DNA from: a virus
Lineage: Duplodnaviria; Caudoviricetes
Direction: 5' to 3' (one strand)
DNA length: 33,063 nucleotides
Virus record (IMG/VR): IMGVR_UViG_3300039306_000019
Coordinates: 1-33,063 of that record
Positions 9,054 to 16,355 of the stretch are shown in pieces (position 1 is the first letter of the stretch; the number at the start of each line of letters is the position of its first letter). The position numbers and the translations under genes are program-made. Below the pieces are notes generated by a model. The model made no database searches, was not told the DNA's origin, and saw only the letters and a program-made list of their open reading frames with translations.

Positions 9054-11321
9054 ATGACTATTGAAGAGCTTAGTGTTGCCATAGGGGCCAACCTTACCAG
9101 TTTGGATAAGGGCTTAAAGGATGCCAATCGAAAGTTGGATTCCTTTTCAAAAGATGTAGAGAAAAACAACCGGCAGATGGAAACCTCTTTTACTAAGGTG
9201 GGGACTGTACTAAGTGCCGCGTTTGCTGTCGATATGGTAGATCGTTTTGGCGGGGCCATGATCGGATTAGGCGGGGAGGTAGTAAATACCTACGGAAAGT
9301 TTGAGAAGCTGCAGTCCCTTCTCTCGAATACATTCCAGAGTAAGACTTTAGGAGCCGTAGCGATTGCACAGCTGCAGACAGCGGCAAAAGATCTGCCTGG
9401 TAGTCTGGAAGACGCAACCACTGCATTTTTGAAATTGCAGAATTCTGGCGTGAATCCAACGATAACAGAAATGCGGGCCTTTGCCGATGTGTCGGCTAAT
9501 GCTGGCAAGGGTCTGGACATCTTTGCAGAGGCGGTAAACGATGCTACAAGGGGGGAATTTGAGCGACTAAAAGAGTTCTTCATTGATGCTTCAGTCAAGG
9601 GTGACAAGGTAGCCTTTACCTTCAAAGGTATCACTACCGAAGTAGACAAGAACGACAAAGCAATTAAGGATTACCTGGTTAGCCTTGGCAAGGTAGATGG
9701 GGTAATGGGTGCTGCTGGTGTGCAGATGGATACCGTAAGCGGCAAGCTGTCCAACATGACCGATAGTTGGGATCGTTTGTTTACTAACTTAGGTAAACAG
9801 AACTCAGGCGTTATTGCCGGTACGCTGGACCTAATGATTGATAAGCTGGATGCCGTAGCCAATGCTTTGGTATCAGTTGAAGACAGGGGCCTAGCAAATG
9901 CAGCTTCAGCCATCAAAGCACAGTTTGACAGCATACAGGGTGATTTTGAACGAGCAGCGAAGACAGCAAAGGAAAAAGGCGAAGATATACAGACTGCGCT
10001 AGCAGGTTTGGCAAAGCAAAATAAAGACTACTTCTCGCCGAAACTGGCTGAAGCACAGCAAAAGCTTAACGCGTACCTAGATGAAGAGGGGTCTAAATTA
10101 GACCAGCTTTCGCGCAACCTGCGTACTGCCACTGAAGAGCAAAAGAACTATGATGCCACAGTTGCCCGCCTTTCCGGCGATGTGCAGTTATATCAAAGTA
10201 TTCTCAATGAACTTCCCACCTTGCAGGATAAGGCAACAAAGGCTGTTCAGGGAACGACTGCGGCGATGGGTGGGCTGATTGATCAACTCGAAAAGCGAAT
10301 TAAAGCACAAAAGGCAGTTGTTGACAGTGCAACTAGTGAGGCGGCAATTGCTAGTGGTAATGCAGCCCTGAAAAACTTAGAAGATCAGCTAGAGGCATAC
10401 CGAAAGCTAGGCACACAGAACAGCTTGGAGGTGGTAACCGATAAGCTGGAAAAGTATTACGAAGTACTAGCCAACCCGGACGCCTCCGAAAAGTCGATTA
10501 ATAATACCATCAAGCGTATCAGTATCTTCGAGCGTGAAAAGGAGATGCTTGAGTCGCTTATTGATGCTACATTACGGGCAGCTAAAGGGTATCAGCAAAC
10601 AGTTGAAGAGATTTCTACGACCAGGCCTAGTATCTATACCGGACAAGAAAGCGCGGGATCTGGTACACCTATCAGCCTAATTGATCGCATTAGCTCACAG
10701 AAGGAAATAACCCCCGAAACAAGAAAGCTATCCCCGGACGAGTTTGCCGAAGAATACCAAAGAGCTGGCGGGGCTGTAGTGGAAGTAAACTCGTTAATCG
10801 CGGGATCATTGGCTGGATTGATTTCTACCTCCGCTCAGGCATTTGGTGAATTAGCCATGGGAGTGGGATCAATTGAGAATGTGTTTTCTATGCTGCTTGG
10901 TCAGGTTGCCAGCTTTGTTAAGTCATTTGGGGAGGCAATGATTCAATCTGGTACTGCGGCCTTGATTGCTGAAACTGCGTTGTTCGTCAATCCGGGGATT
11001 GCAATTGCGGCAGGTGCGGCCCTGGTTGCCTTTGGATCTGCGATGTCTTCGGGCTTAAAATTCGGGTCGGACTCAGGCGGTGGGAAAAAGCAGCGCGGCG
11101 GTGCTATACCTCAGTACGAGCAGGGCACCAATTACGTGCCTTTCAATCAGCTAGCCTTTCTACACAAGGGAGAAGCCGTAGTGCCGGCAAAGTTCAACCC
11201 CGCATCATTTGCAGGGATGGCAAGCAAGGCAATAGAAGTATTCGGGCAGTTCCGGGCAGAGGGTAGAGAAATGGTGGCTACGCTGGAAGCTTACGGTTAT
11301 TCCAATATGCGTACAGGTTGA
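9054..11321 (+). CDS. Tail tape measure protein
   Basis: N-terminal LSVAIGA; tape-measure core AVNDATRGEFERLKEF; Ala/Gly-rich helical body; C-terminal GTNYVP..LAFLHKGEAVVP. Confidence 0.85.
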   Translation: MTIEELSVAIGANLTSLDKGLKDANRKLDSFSKDVEKNNRQMETSFTKVGTVLSAAFAVDMVDRFGGAMIGLGGEVVNTYGKFEKLQSLLSNTFQSKTLGAVAIAQLQTAAKDLPGSLEDATTAFLKLQNSGVNPTITEMRAFADVSANAGKGLDIFAEAVNDATRGEFERLKEFFIDASVKGDKVAFTFKGITTEVDKNDKAIKDYLVSLGKVDGVMGAAGVQMDTVSGKLSNMTDSWDRLFTNLGKQNSGVIAGTLDLMIDKLDAVANALVSVEDRGLANAASAIKAQFDSIQGDFERAAKTAKEKGEDIQTALAGLAKQNKDYFSPKLAEAQQKLNAYLDEEGSKLDQLSRNLRTATEEQKNYDATVARLSGDVQLYQSILNELPTLQDKATKAVQGTTAAMGGLIDQLEKRIKAQKAVVDSATSEAAIASGNAALKNLEDQLEAYRKLGTQNSLEVVTDKLEKYYEVLANPDASEKSINNTIKRISIFEREKEMLESLIDATLRAAKGYQQTVEEISTTRPSIYTGQESAGSGTPISLIDRISSQKEITPETRKLSPDEFAEEYQRAGGAVVEVNSLIAGSLAGLISTSAQAFGELAMGVGSIENVFSMLLGQVASFVKSFGEAMIQSGTAALIAETALFVNPGIAIAAGAALVAFGSAMSSGLKFGSDSGGGKKQRGGAIPQYEQGTNYVPFNQLAFLHKGEAVVPAKFNPASFAGMASKAIEVFGQFRAEGREMVATLEAYGYSNMRTG

Positions 11322-11341
11322 TAGATGTGACATCAATTACC

Positions 11342-11379
11342 TTACAAACTCCCTTACTGATGAGTGAGGGAGTTTGTAA
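11342..11379 (+). terminator. Hairpin terminator after the late-type operon
   Basis: TTACAAACTCCCT...AGGGAGTTTGTAA 13-bp inverted repeat. Confidence 0.7.
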
Positions 11380-11480
11380 TTTACTTAAGAAAACACCAAG
11401 GGAACTTATAAGAGAGAACATTGTTTTGGATATTTTTCTTTTATCAATATATTTGTGAGGTAACCTGTACCAGACAAGAA

Positions 11481-11879
11481 ATGGAAATAGAGTTTTTTAA
11501 AGCTAGCGAATTAGATAGCAACATTAAGGCCACCATTCATTACAATGGTAAGCTTGGTTTCAATCGAAATGCAGAGAAAAAACTAAACTTGGAAAATGCA
11601 AAGTCTATCTTAATTGGTAAGGGAAGTGATTACGAAAAAGAAAAAATACTGTATCTCATAGCTCAGGAGGAAATAGATCCAGATGGTTTTGCCGTATTGA
11701 AGTCAGGGGATTACTACTATGCAAACACAAAGAGCCTATTTGATAAACTAGAGGAGGATTATGAAAAATATAAAGTAATCTATAATATCACAGAAACTAC
11801 CTATAACGGTAAAACGATCTTTAAACTAAAACGTAGAGTCATAGAGCGAAAGAAAGGCGAAGAAAGTATTGAAGAATAA
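11481..11879 (+). CDS. AT-rich cargo hypothetical protein
   Basis: ATG at 11481 follows a TATATTTG promoter box at 11448-11455. Confidence 0.65.
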   Translation: MEIEFFKASELDSNIKATIHYNGKLGFNRNAEKKLNLENAKSILIGKGSDYEKEKILYLIAQEEIDPDGFAVLKSGDYYYANTKSLFDKLEEDYEKYKVIYNITETTYNGKTIFKLKRRVIERKKGEESIEE

Positions 11880-11881
11880 AA

Positions 11882-11921
11882 AACGGACAGTGGAGGTTGG
11901 CAGACCTGTCCATTGTCCGTT
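11882..11921 (+). terminator. Stem-loop between cargo genes
   Basis: AACGGACAGTGG...CCATTGTCCGTT with inner AGGT/ACCT stem. Confidence 0.5.
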
Positions 11922-12091
11922 ATTATGAAATTGATTTCCTTGCGACGGGATCAATAACAAAAAGATGGCTTGATTAGCTCATCACGGCCTCTTATTGTCT
12001 TAACAAATTTAAGAATTTTTAGTAAAAAGTCAAATACAGGACTGCCATTTTATTTAAAAAGTTATAATTCACCTTATTAAAACTATTTAAC

Positions 12092-12424
12092 ATGGCACAA
12101 TTTGAGATTTTTCGTAGTACCATTAATAACCAATACTACTTCCGTTTTAAGGCTAGTAATTATAAGCAAATACTGTCTAGCGAAGGGTACAGCACTAAAG
12201 AAAACTGTAATAGTGGGATTAGATCTGTAAAAGCGATCAGTCCATATGATAGCTCATATCAAAAGATCGATAATTATGGTAATTACAGATTCAATATGAT
12301 AGCAACTAATGGTCAAACTGTTGCTAGAAGTAGTGAAGGGTATTCAGATCGTTATGGCCGAGATAATGCTATCAATGTTGTAAAAGCTGAAGCAGGAAGT
12401 GCTGTAGTGATTGATTTAACTTAA
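12092..12424 (+). CDS. yegP: YegP/DUF1508 family protein (two tandem domains)
   Basis: Duplicated YxFxxxAxNxxxxxxSEGY pattern in 110 aa. Confidence 0.88.
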   Translation: MAQFEIFRSTINNQYYFRFKASNYKQILSSEGYSTKENCNSGIRSVKAISPYDSSYQKIDNYGNYRFNMIATNGQTVARSSEGYSDRYGRDNAINVVKAEAGSAVVIDLT

Positions 12425-12443
12425 AAAGTATAATTTAATATTT

Positions 12444-12473
12444 AAAAGGACGCATATATGTGCGTCCTTTTTT
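12444..12473 (+). terminator. Rho-independent terminator
   Basis: AAAAGGACGCA-loop-TGCGTCCTTTT followed by T run. Confidence 0.75.
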
Positions 12474-12495
12474 TATTTTTATACAAAAATATTCT

Positions 12496-12744
12496 ATGAT
12501 AAAGACTTCAATCATACTAGGAATACAGGATGGGTTTCCCATCTGGTCTCCTTGCGATGGCTTTGCAAAAAATTTAAGTATAGCGAAATGGCTATTCTCG
12601 TTTTGTGGATGGAAAAATGAACAATCAACCTACCCGGAGCTCACTTACCAAATAGCTACTGTAGATTGTTCTGAGGGGGCTGTGTTTTACTTTTATGATC
12701 CTACAAAACTTTACGTTCTTGGCAAATGCATTTTCCTAAACTAG
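12496..12744 (+). CDS. Small hypothetical protein
   Basis: ATG at 12496 lies after the terminator; no recognised motif. Confidence 0.4.
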   Translation: MIKTSIILGIQDGFPIWSPCDGFAKNLSIAKWLFSFCGWKNEQSTYPELTYQIATVDCSEGAVFYFYDPTKLYVLGKCIFLN

Positions 12745-12758
12745 CTATTAAGTTGAGA

Positions 12759-12830
12759 ACATCCCCTCAAATTTGAGGGGATGTCTCCAAATTTGGATAG
12801 ATGTTTTAGAGGTCAGCTCATTTTTGAGTT
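12759..12830. repeat. Three-unit palindrome array (16-bp units)
   Basis: CCCTCA-AATT-TGAGGG-GATGT, TCTCCA-AATT-TGGATA-GATGT and inverted GGTC-AGCTCA-TTTT-TGAGTT. Confidence 0.8.
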
Positions 12831-12867
12831 CGGACTCATTATCAGCACTTTAGTAATTACTCTGGCA

Positions 12868-13104
12868 TCACAGTATTTTCTCTGTAAGTTTTGCTAGTAC
12901 CTCCTGAGACATATTAATAATGACAGGTCTTCCAGTGGCTTCATCGGTAAAGCTAAACATCAAGTGCCCTTGGATCTCTTTCAATTCTAATTCATCTGCA
13001 CTGGCTGGAGAATAACCCACAATCCCATTGCGATCATTTACTACCATTATATTGAAGTCTGTTGTCATAGTCCTTTTATTTACATAGTTTTTTTCTGTAC
13101 TCAT
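12868..13104 (-). CDS. Small hypothetical protein
   Basis: 78 aa, overlaps the 3' end of the HTH gene. Confidence 0.55.
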   Translation of the reverse strand: MSTEKNYVNKRTMTTDFNIMVVNDRNGIVGYSPASADELELKEIQGHLMFSFTDEATGRPVIINMSQEVLAKLTEKIL

Positions 13105-13300
13105 CCAAAAGCTTTTCTATGCCCTTTTCGATAGCCTCCACGTTCGTTTCTGTTACATACCGCTCATCTTTGCCTCCTAGCACCCGGGAAACAGTTACTC
13201 GATTACGCTCGGAATAATCCGCTATTTTTTGCTGATCAAGGTTGAACTCTTCAATTGTTTCACGAATCTTAACCAATCTGGTTAGTAGCCCTGTTTCCAT
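13076..13300 (-). CDS. Cro/CI-like HTH regulator
   Basis: LDQQKIADYSERNRVTVSRVLGG HTH; divergent from 13461. Confidence 0.72.
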   Translation of the reverse strand: METGLLTRLVKIRETIEEFNLDQQKIADYSERNRVTVSRVLGGKDERYVTETNVEAIEKGIEKLLDEYRKKLCK

Positions 13301-13325
13301 ATCGTTCTTTATTACAGAGTAAATA

Positions 13326-13459
13326 TACTACAAAAAGTTTTTACTACAAAATTGTAAATATTATTATGCTAAATGTTTGTAGTATCAAAATAATGTAGTA
13401 CGTTTGTGGTGTGCAGCAAGCACTCTTTTTTTGCACCACCATATCAAAAAAATGTAGTA
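13326..13459. promoter_or_regulatory. Divergent promoter with TACTACA boxes
   Basis: TACTACA at 13326 and 13342; TGTAGTA at 13378, 13394 and 13453; TACGTTTG promoter box at 13399-13406. Confidence 0.7.
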
Positions 13460-13460
13460 T

Positions 13461-13802
13461 ATGAAAACTCAAAGACAACGCGTCACTATCTGGGCCTGGA
13501 ACTTTGCCCGCCAAAACAATTACAACTGGTCAACAGCAATGAAGGCAGCTTGGAAGGAAATAAAGCTTCGGGACCTGCACACGGCACTCGCTCACAAAAC
13601 CGTCCGAGTAACCTTTATGAAAATCAATGGTGAAATAACTACCCGGGAGGCCACACGAAGCCGTAAGCTGATCCCCGCACAGTTCGCACCCAAAGGACAA
13701 GGTGGATACAGTCACGACAAGGTAGTAACCTTCTTTAGCCTCACTGACGGTCAATACAGATCCTTCAGGTCAGATAACCTTATCAGCTTCCAGGTGGCAT
13801 AA
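13461..13802 (+). CDS. SH3/Sm-like beta-barrel protein (WYL_2/DUF2693-like)
   Basis: VTFMKINGEITTREAT...TFFSLTDGQYRSFR fits the FxKxxG...W/YRSFR pattern. Confidence 0.75.
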   Translation: MKTQRQRVTIWAWNFARQNNYNWSTAMKAAWKEIKLRDLHTALAHKTVRVTFMKINGEITTREATRSRKLIPAQFAPKGQGGYSHDKVVTFFSLTDGQYRSFRSDNLISFQVA

Positions 13803-13821
13803 TTTTAAACAGCAAAATATT

Positions 13822-14205
13822 ATGAAAACCTCCATTGAATTCACTCAAAAAGAACTGGATTACTTATCTAATGTAGCAGCCATGCATCAGTTCCAGATCA
13901 ACACTTCAATCTTGAAATGTCACCGTAGGCTGAAAAGTAGCAGGCTCTCCCAAAAAGGCAGAGATCGAATACTCAACAGCATTCAGATTCTTGAAGGAAG
14001 CAGAGATAAGGCACAGCAGTTTCGCGACTTCCTGTCAGAGGCAAAACGAAATTTCTACACTAAGCAGGCCCAATCCTGCAGCGCTGAAGTAGCCTACATT
14101 TCCCAGGTAAATGAGATTCTGGCTGACCAAGGATTGATGCCGGCTCAATACTTCAGCCGGGAAGGAATCAGTCTCAGATTGACCGATAAACACCGCAATA
14201 ATTAA
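13822..14205 (+). CDS. Hypothetical protein
   Basis: 127-aa ORF in operon. Confidence 0.6.
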   Translation: MKTSIEFTQKELDYLSNVAAMHQFQINTSILKCHRRLKSSRLSQKGRDRILNSIQILEGSRDKAQQFRDFLSEAKRNFYTKQAQSCSAEVAYISQVNEILADQGLMPAQYFSREGISLRLTDKHRNN

Positions 14206-14246
14206 AGTTATTCAATCACTAGTTTCGCAACTGTCTGATAATAAAG

Positions 14247-14403
14247 GGCTGAAAAATCAGCCGATGTTTTATCAGGTTGATGTGTCCAAACTTGGGCAGA
14301 TGTTCTAGCAAGGTGATCCCCCCAAAGTTGGGGAGATGTCCTCAAACTTGAGGAGGTGTGCTCAAAAATGAGCCGACCAATGTGCGCAAAATTGCGTCGA
14401 CCT
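14247..14403 (+). repeat. Six-unit palindrome array with variable arms
   Basis: 16-bp units at 14247, 14283, 14319, 14339, 14359 and 14383, each followed by GATGT, GGTGT or GACC. Confidence 0.85.
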
Positions 14404-14442
14404 CCAATACTTTAATTCATTCACTTAATCCTTTCTCACACT

Positions 14443-14745
14443 ATGAAATTCACCAGATCAAATTTTAAAGCCCTTCAAAGGGCTGTGAAGTGTCAACAGA
14501 AAAGACACCGTTTGCTTCTCAAAGAACAATGGCAAGAACAAGCCGACTTCAAAAAGAAGTACGACGCATTGCTGGCAGAATACTTTCAGGTTATGCGCGA
14601 TCGAATAGACTTTATGCAAGAGATAGCAGAAGCTAAGATCTCAGAAATAGACCTCTACATTGATCGTGAAAAGACAAACAGAGAATATCTTAGCCGGGAA
14701 AGCCTGGAAGTTAGGTTTCAAAACTGCAAATACCGCCAAAATTAA
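14443..14745 (+). CDS. 100-aa coiled-coil protein, recombinase partner (copy A)
   Basis: Highly similar to 31027-31329 at the same position. Confidence 0.85.
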   Translation: MKFTRSNFKALQRAVKCQQKRHRLLLKEQWQEQADFKKKYDALLAEYFQVMRDRIDFMQEIAEAKISEIDLYIDREKTNREYLSRESLEVRFQNCKYRQN

Positions 14746-14766
14746 TAAACCTTAATTTTTACCTCT

Positions 14767-16071
14767 ATGAAAATGCATGCTAAAACAGTTGTAATTCTTT
14801 TCCGTCTCCGCAGAAACACTATTTATTGCCGAATCACGGTCAATAGTGAACGCGCTAAGAGTGACTTTTCAGTCAATGAACGCGTTCGGGCGCCAGTCAA
14901 TAAAAACCAGATTCAGGATGGAGAATGGGATTCCAAAAAACAGCAGGTAAAAGGCAACGGAGTCGAAGCTATGCTGATCAATAATAAATTAGAGCAGATC
15001 CGGGCTAAGATCAAAACCTGTGCTACTCACTTTATGGCAGAAGGCCGGCACTATACGGCTGAACTGCTTAAAGACATCTTCCTAGGTAAGTCTGAAATCA
15101 GTTACTCCCTCATTCGCACATCGGAATTGATGCTGGAATACATGAAAAGGCAGCCGGAAGATGAAGTAGCTAAGGGCACACTGAGAGGCTACCACACCCG
15201 GCACAATAATATGGTGAAATATTTAAATCATCGCCGCTATACCCGCTTAAAGCCTGATGAGTTTGCCCCTTCCATTGCCAGGGATTTCCTGTATTACATG
15301 CGAATGGAGCACCAACCCAACGCTAGCCAGGTTCACGCGGCCAAATGTTTAGAGTATATAAAAAGAGTGATTCACTTTGCTATCAATGAAGAGTGGATCC
15401 GACATAATCCACTACAGTCATTTGCTATTAAAAAAGGCAATAGTAAGCCAACTCCCCACCTTTCTGAAGACGACCGCGATCTACTAGAAAGGGCAAATTT
15501 TTCCTCTGAACGACTTCAGCGGGTAAAAGATATCTTTGTTTTTTGCTGCCATACCGGGCTGGGTTTTTCCGATGTATCAAGCTTTCGGGCATCCAAACAT
15601 TTGAATGTGGTAAAGGACCACGTATGGCTGGAGATGAAGAGGATGAAGACAAGCATAAACTTCTACGTTCCTCTTTCTGCCGTGGCTCAAGACATCCTAA
15701 GCCGCTATGGTGGGGAGCAACTACCAGTCATTTCTAATTCAAAAATGAATTGCTACCTGAAAGAAGTAGCGGAAATCTGCGGTATCACAATAAACCTGAC
15801 GGTACGAGTAGCCCGGAGAACTTTTGGAATGATTATGCTCAATGATATGAATTTAGACCTGGAAACTGTGTCGAAAATGTTGGGCCATAGCAGCACCGGG
15901 ATGACTGAAAAGCATTACGCCCAAGTATTGAAGAAAAGAATTGTAAAACGGTTAGTTACTGAAAATGCAGACTTCTACGAGTCTTCCCTTGTTCAGCCTG
16001 CCATAGCGATCCAACCCGCTCCGATGATAGGCTTTCAGCGAGTGAAGCCAGTAACGCTACAGCTGGAATAA
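14767..16071 (+). CDS. Second tyrosine recombinase (copy A), atypical catalytic boxes
   Basis: IYCRITVN arm domain, SAM-like domain, TGLGFSD, RMKT, TVRVARRTFG, LGH...HY. Confidence 0.9.
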   Translation: MKMHAKTVVILFRLRRNTIYCRITVNSERAKSDFSVNERVRAPVNKNQIQDGEWDSKKQQVKGNGVEAMLINNKLEQIRAKIKTCATHFMAEGRHYTAELLKDIFLGKSEISYSLIRTSELMLEYMKRQPEDEVAKGTLRGYHTRHNNMVKYLNHRRYTRLKPDEFAPSIARDFLYYMRMEHQPNASQVHAAKCLEYIKRVIHFAINEEWIRHNPLQSFAIKKGNSKPTPHLSEDDRDLLERANFSSERLQRVKDIFVFCCHTGLGFSDVSSFRASKHLNVVKDHVWLEMKRMKTSINFYVPLSAVAQDILSRYGGEQLPVISNSKMNCYLKEVAEICGITINLTVRVARRTFGMIMLNDMNLDLETVSKMLGHSSTGMTEKHYAQVLKKRIVKRLVTENADFYESSLVQPAIAIQPAPMIGFQRVKPVTLQLE

Positions 16072-16089
16072 AAGGAACGATTGCAAAAG

Positions 16090-16160
16090 AAGTATGATAA
16101 AAAGTATGATAAATAAAAAAGCACTTACAAGTTTTATCTCGCAAGTGCTTGATTTTCAAG
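16090..16160. promoter_or_regulatory. att-flanking sites: tandem 12-bp repeats, hairpin and IHF-like box
   Basis: AAGTATGATAAA twice (16090-16113); AAGCACTT...AAGTGCTT hairpin; WATCARNNNNTTR match on the minus strand near 16142-16154. Confidence 0.6.
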
Positions 16161-16204
16161 TGGGCCCTGATGGGATCGAACCATCGACCCCCTGATTATG
16201 AGTC
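16161..16204 (-). tRNA. 3' fragment of tRNA-Ile2(CAT); att core, not an intact gene
   Basis: Minus strand reads GACTCATAATC-AGGGGGTC-GATGG-TTCGATC-CCATC-AGGGCCC-A (anticodon loop, T arm, acceptor 3' strand); no D arm or 5' acceptor strand. GACTCATAATC context favours Ile2 over Met. Confidence 0.85.
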
Positions 16205-16331
16205 CGAAGTATATGAGTATTATTTGTTTATTGTTACTTACTAACATATACTTAAAATGCTGATATAAAGTATATTATTATACTACCGATTATAATTACT
16301 CTATTGTTTATTTATCGATGTTTATTATTTT

Positions 16332-16353
16332 TGTGTATACAACTGTGTACACA
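16332..16353 (+). promoter_or_regulatory. Putative integrase arm-type repeats and int promoter
   Basis: TGTGTATACA and TGTGTACACA at 12-bp spacing, overlapping a TATTTTTG box at 16326-16333. Confidence 0.5.
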
Positions 16354-16355
16354 GA

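Larger units (their letters stand above)
1..16160. mobile_element. Integrative phage-satellite-like (PICI-like) element 1; left end outside the window
   Basis: Gene order int - hypothetical - xis - primase/helicase - ori - terS - prohead protease - tape measure - cargo - second recombinase, ending at the tRNA fragment; no capsid, portal or terL recognised. Confidence 0.72.

Noticed and set aside
6220-9934. Minus-strand ORFs opposite terS, the peptidase and the tape measure gene
   Set aside because: Antisense shadows of well-supported genes with no motifs; the same applies to similar short ORFs throughout the track.
14247-14403. CRISPR array
   Set aside because: No identical direct repeats with unique spacers, the period is irregular and short, and no cas genes are present.
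12759-16071. DGR, retron or classical integron
   Set aside because: No reverse transcriptase or template/variable repeat pair, and the units are too short and lack attC R-box ends and intervening cassettes.
15956-16159. 67-aa minus-strand ORF
   Set aside because: Runs over the att repeats and antisense to the recombinase; likely spurious.
16161-16240. Intact tRNA gene
   Set aside because: The 5' acceptor strand and D arm are replaced by AT-rich sequence and the anticodon stem is broken.
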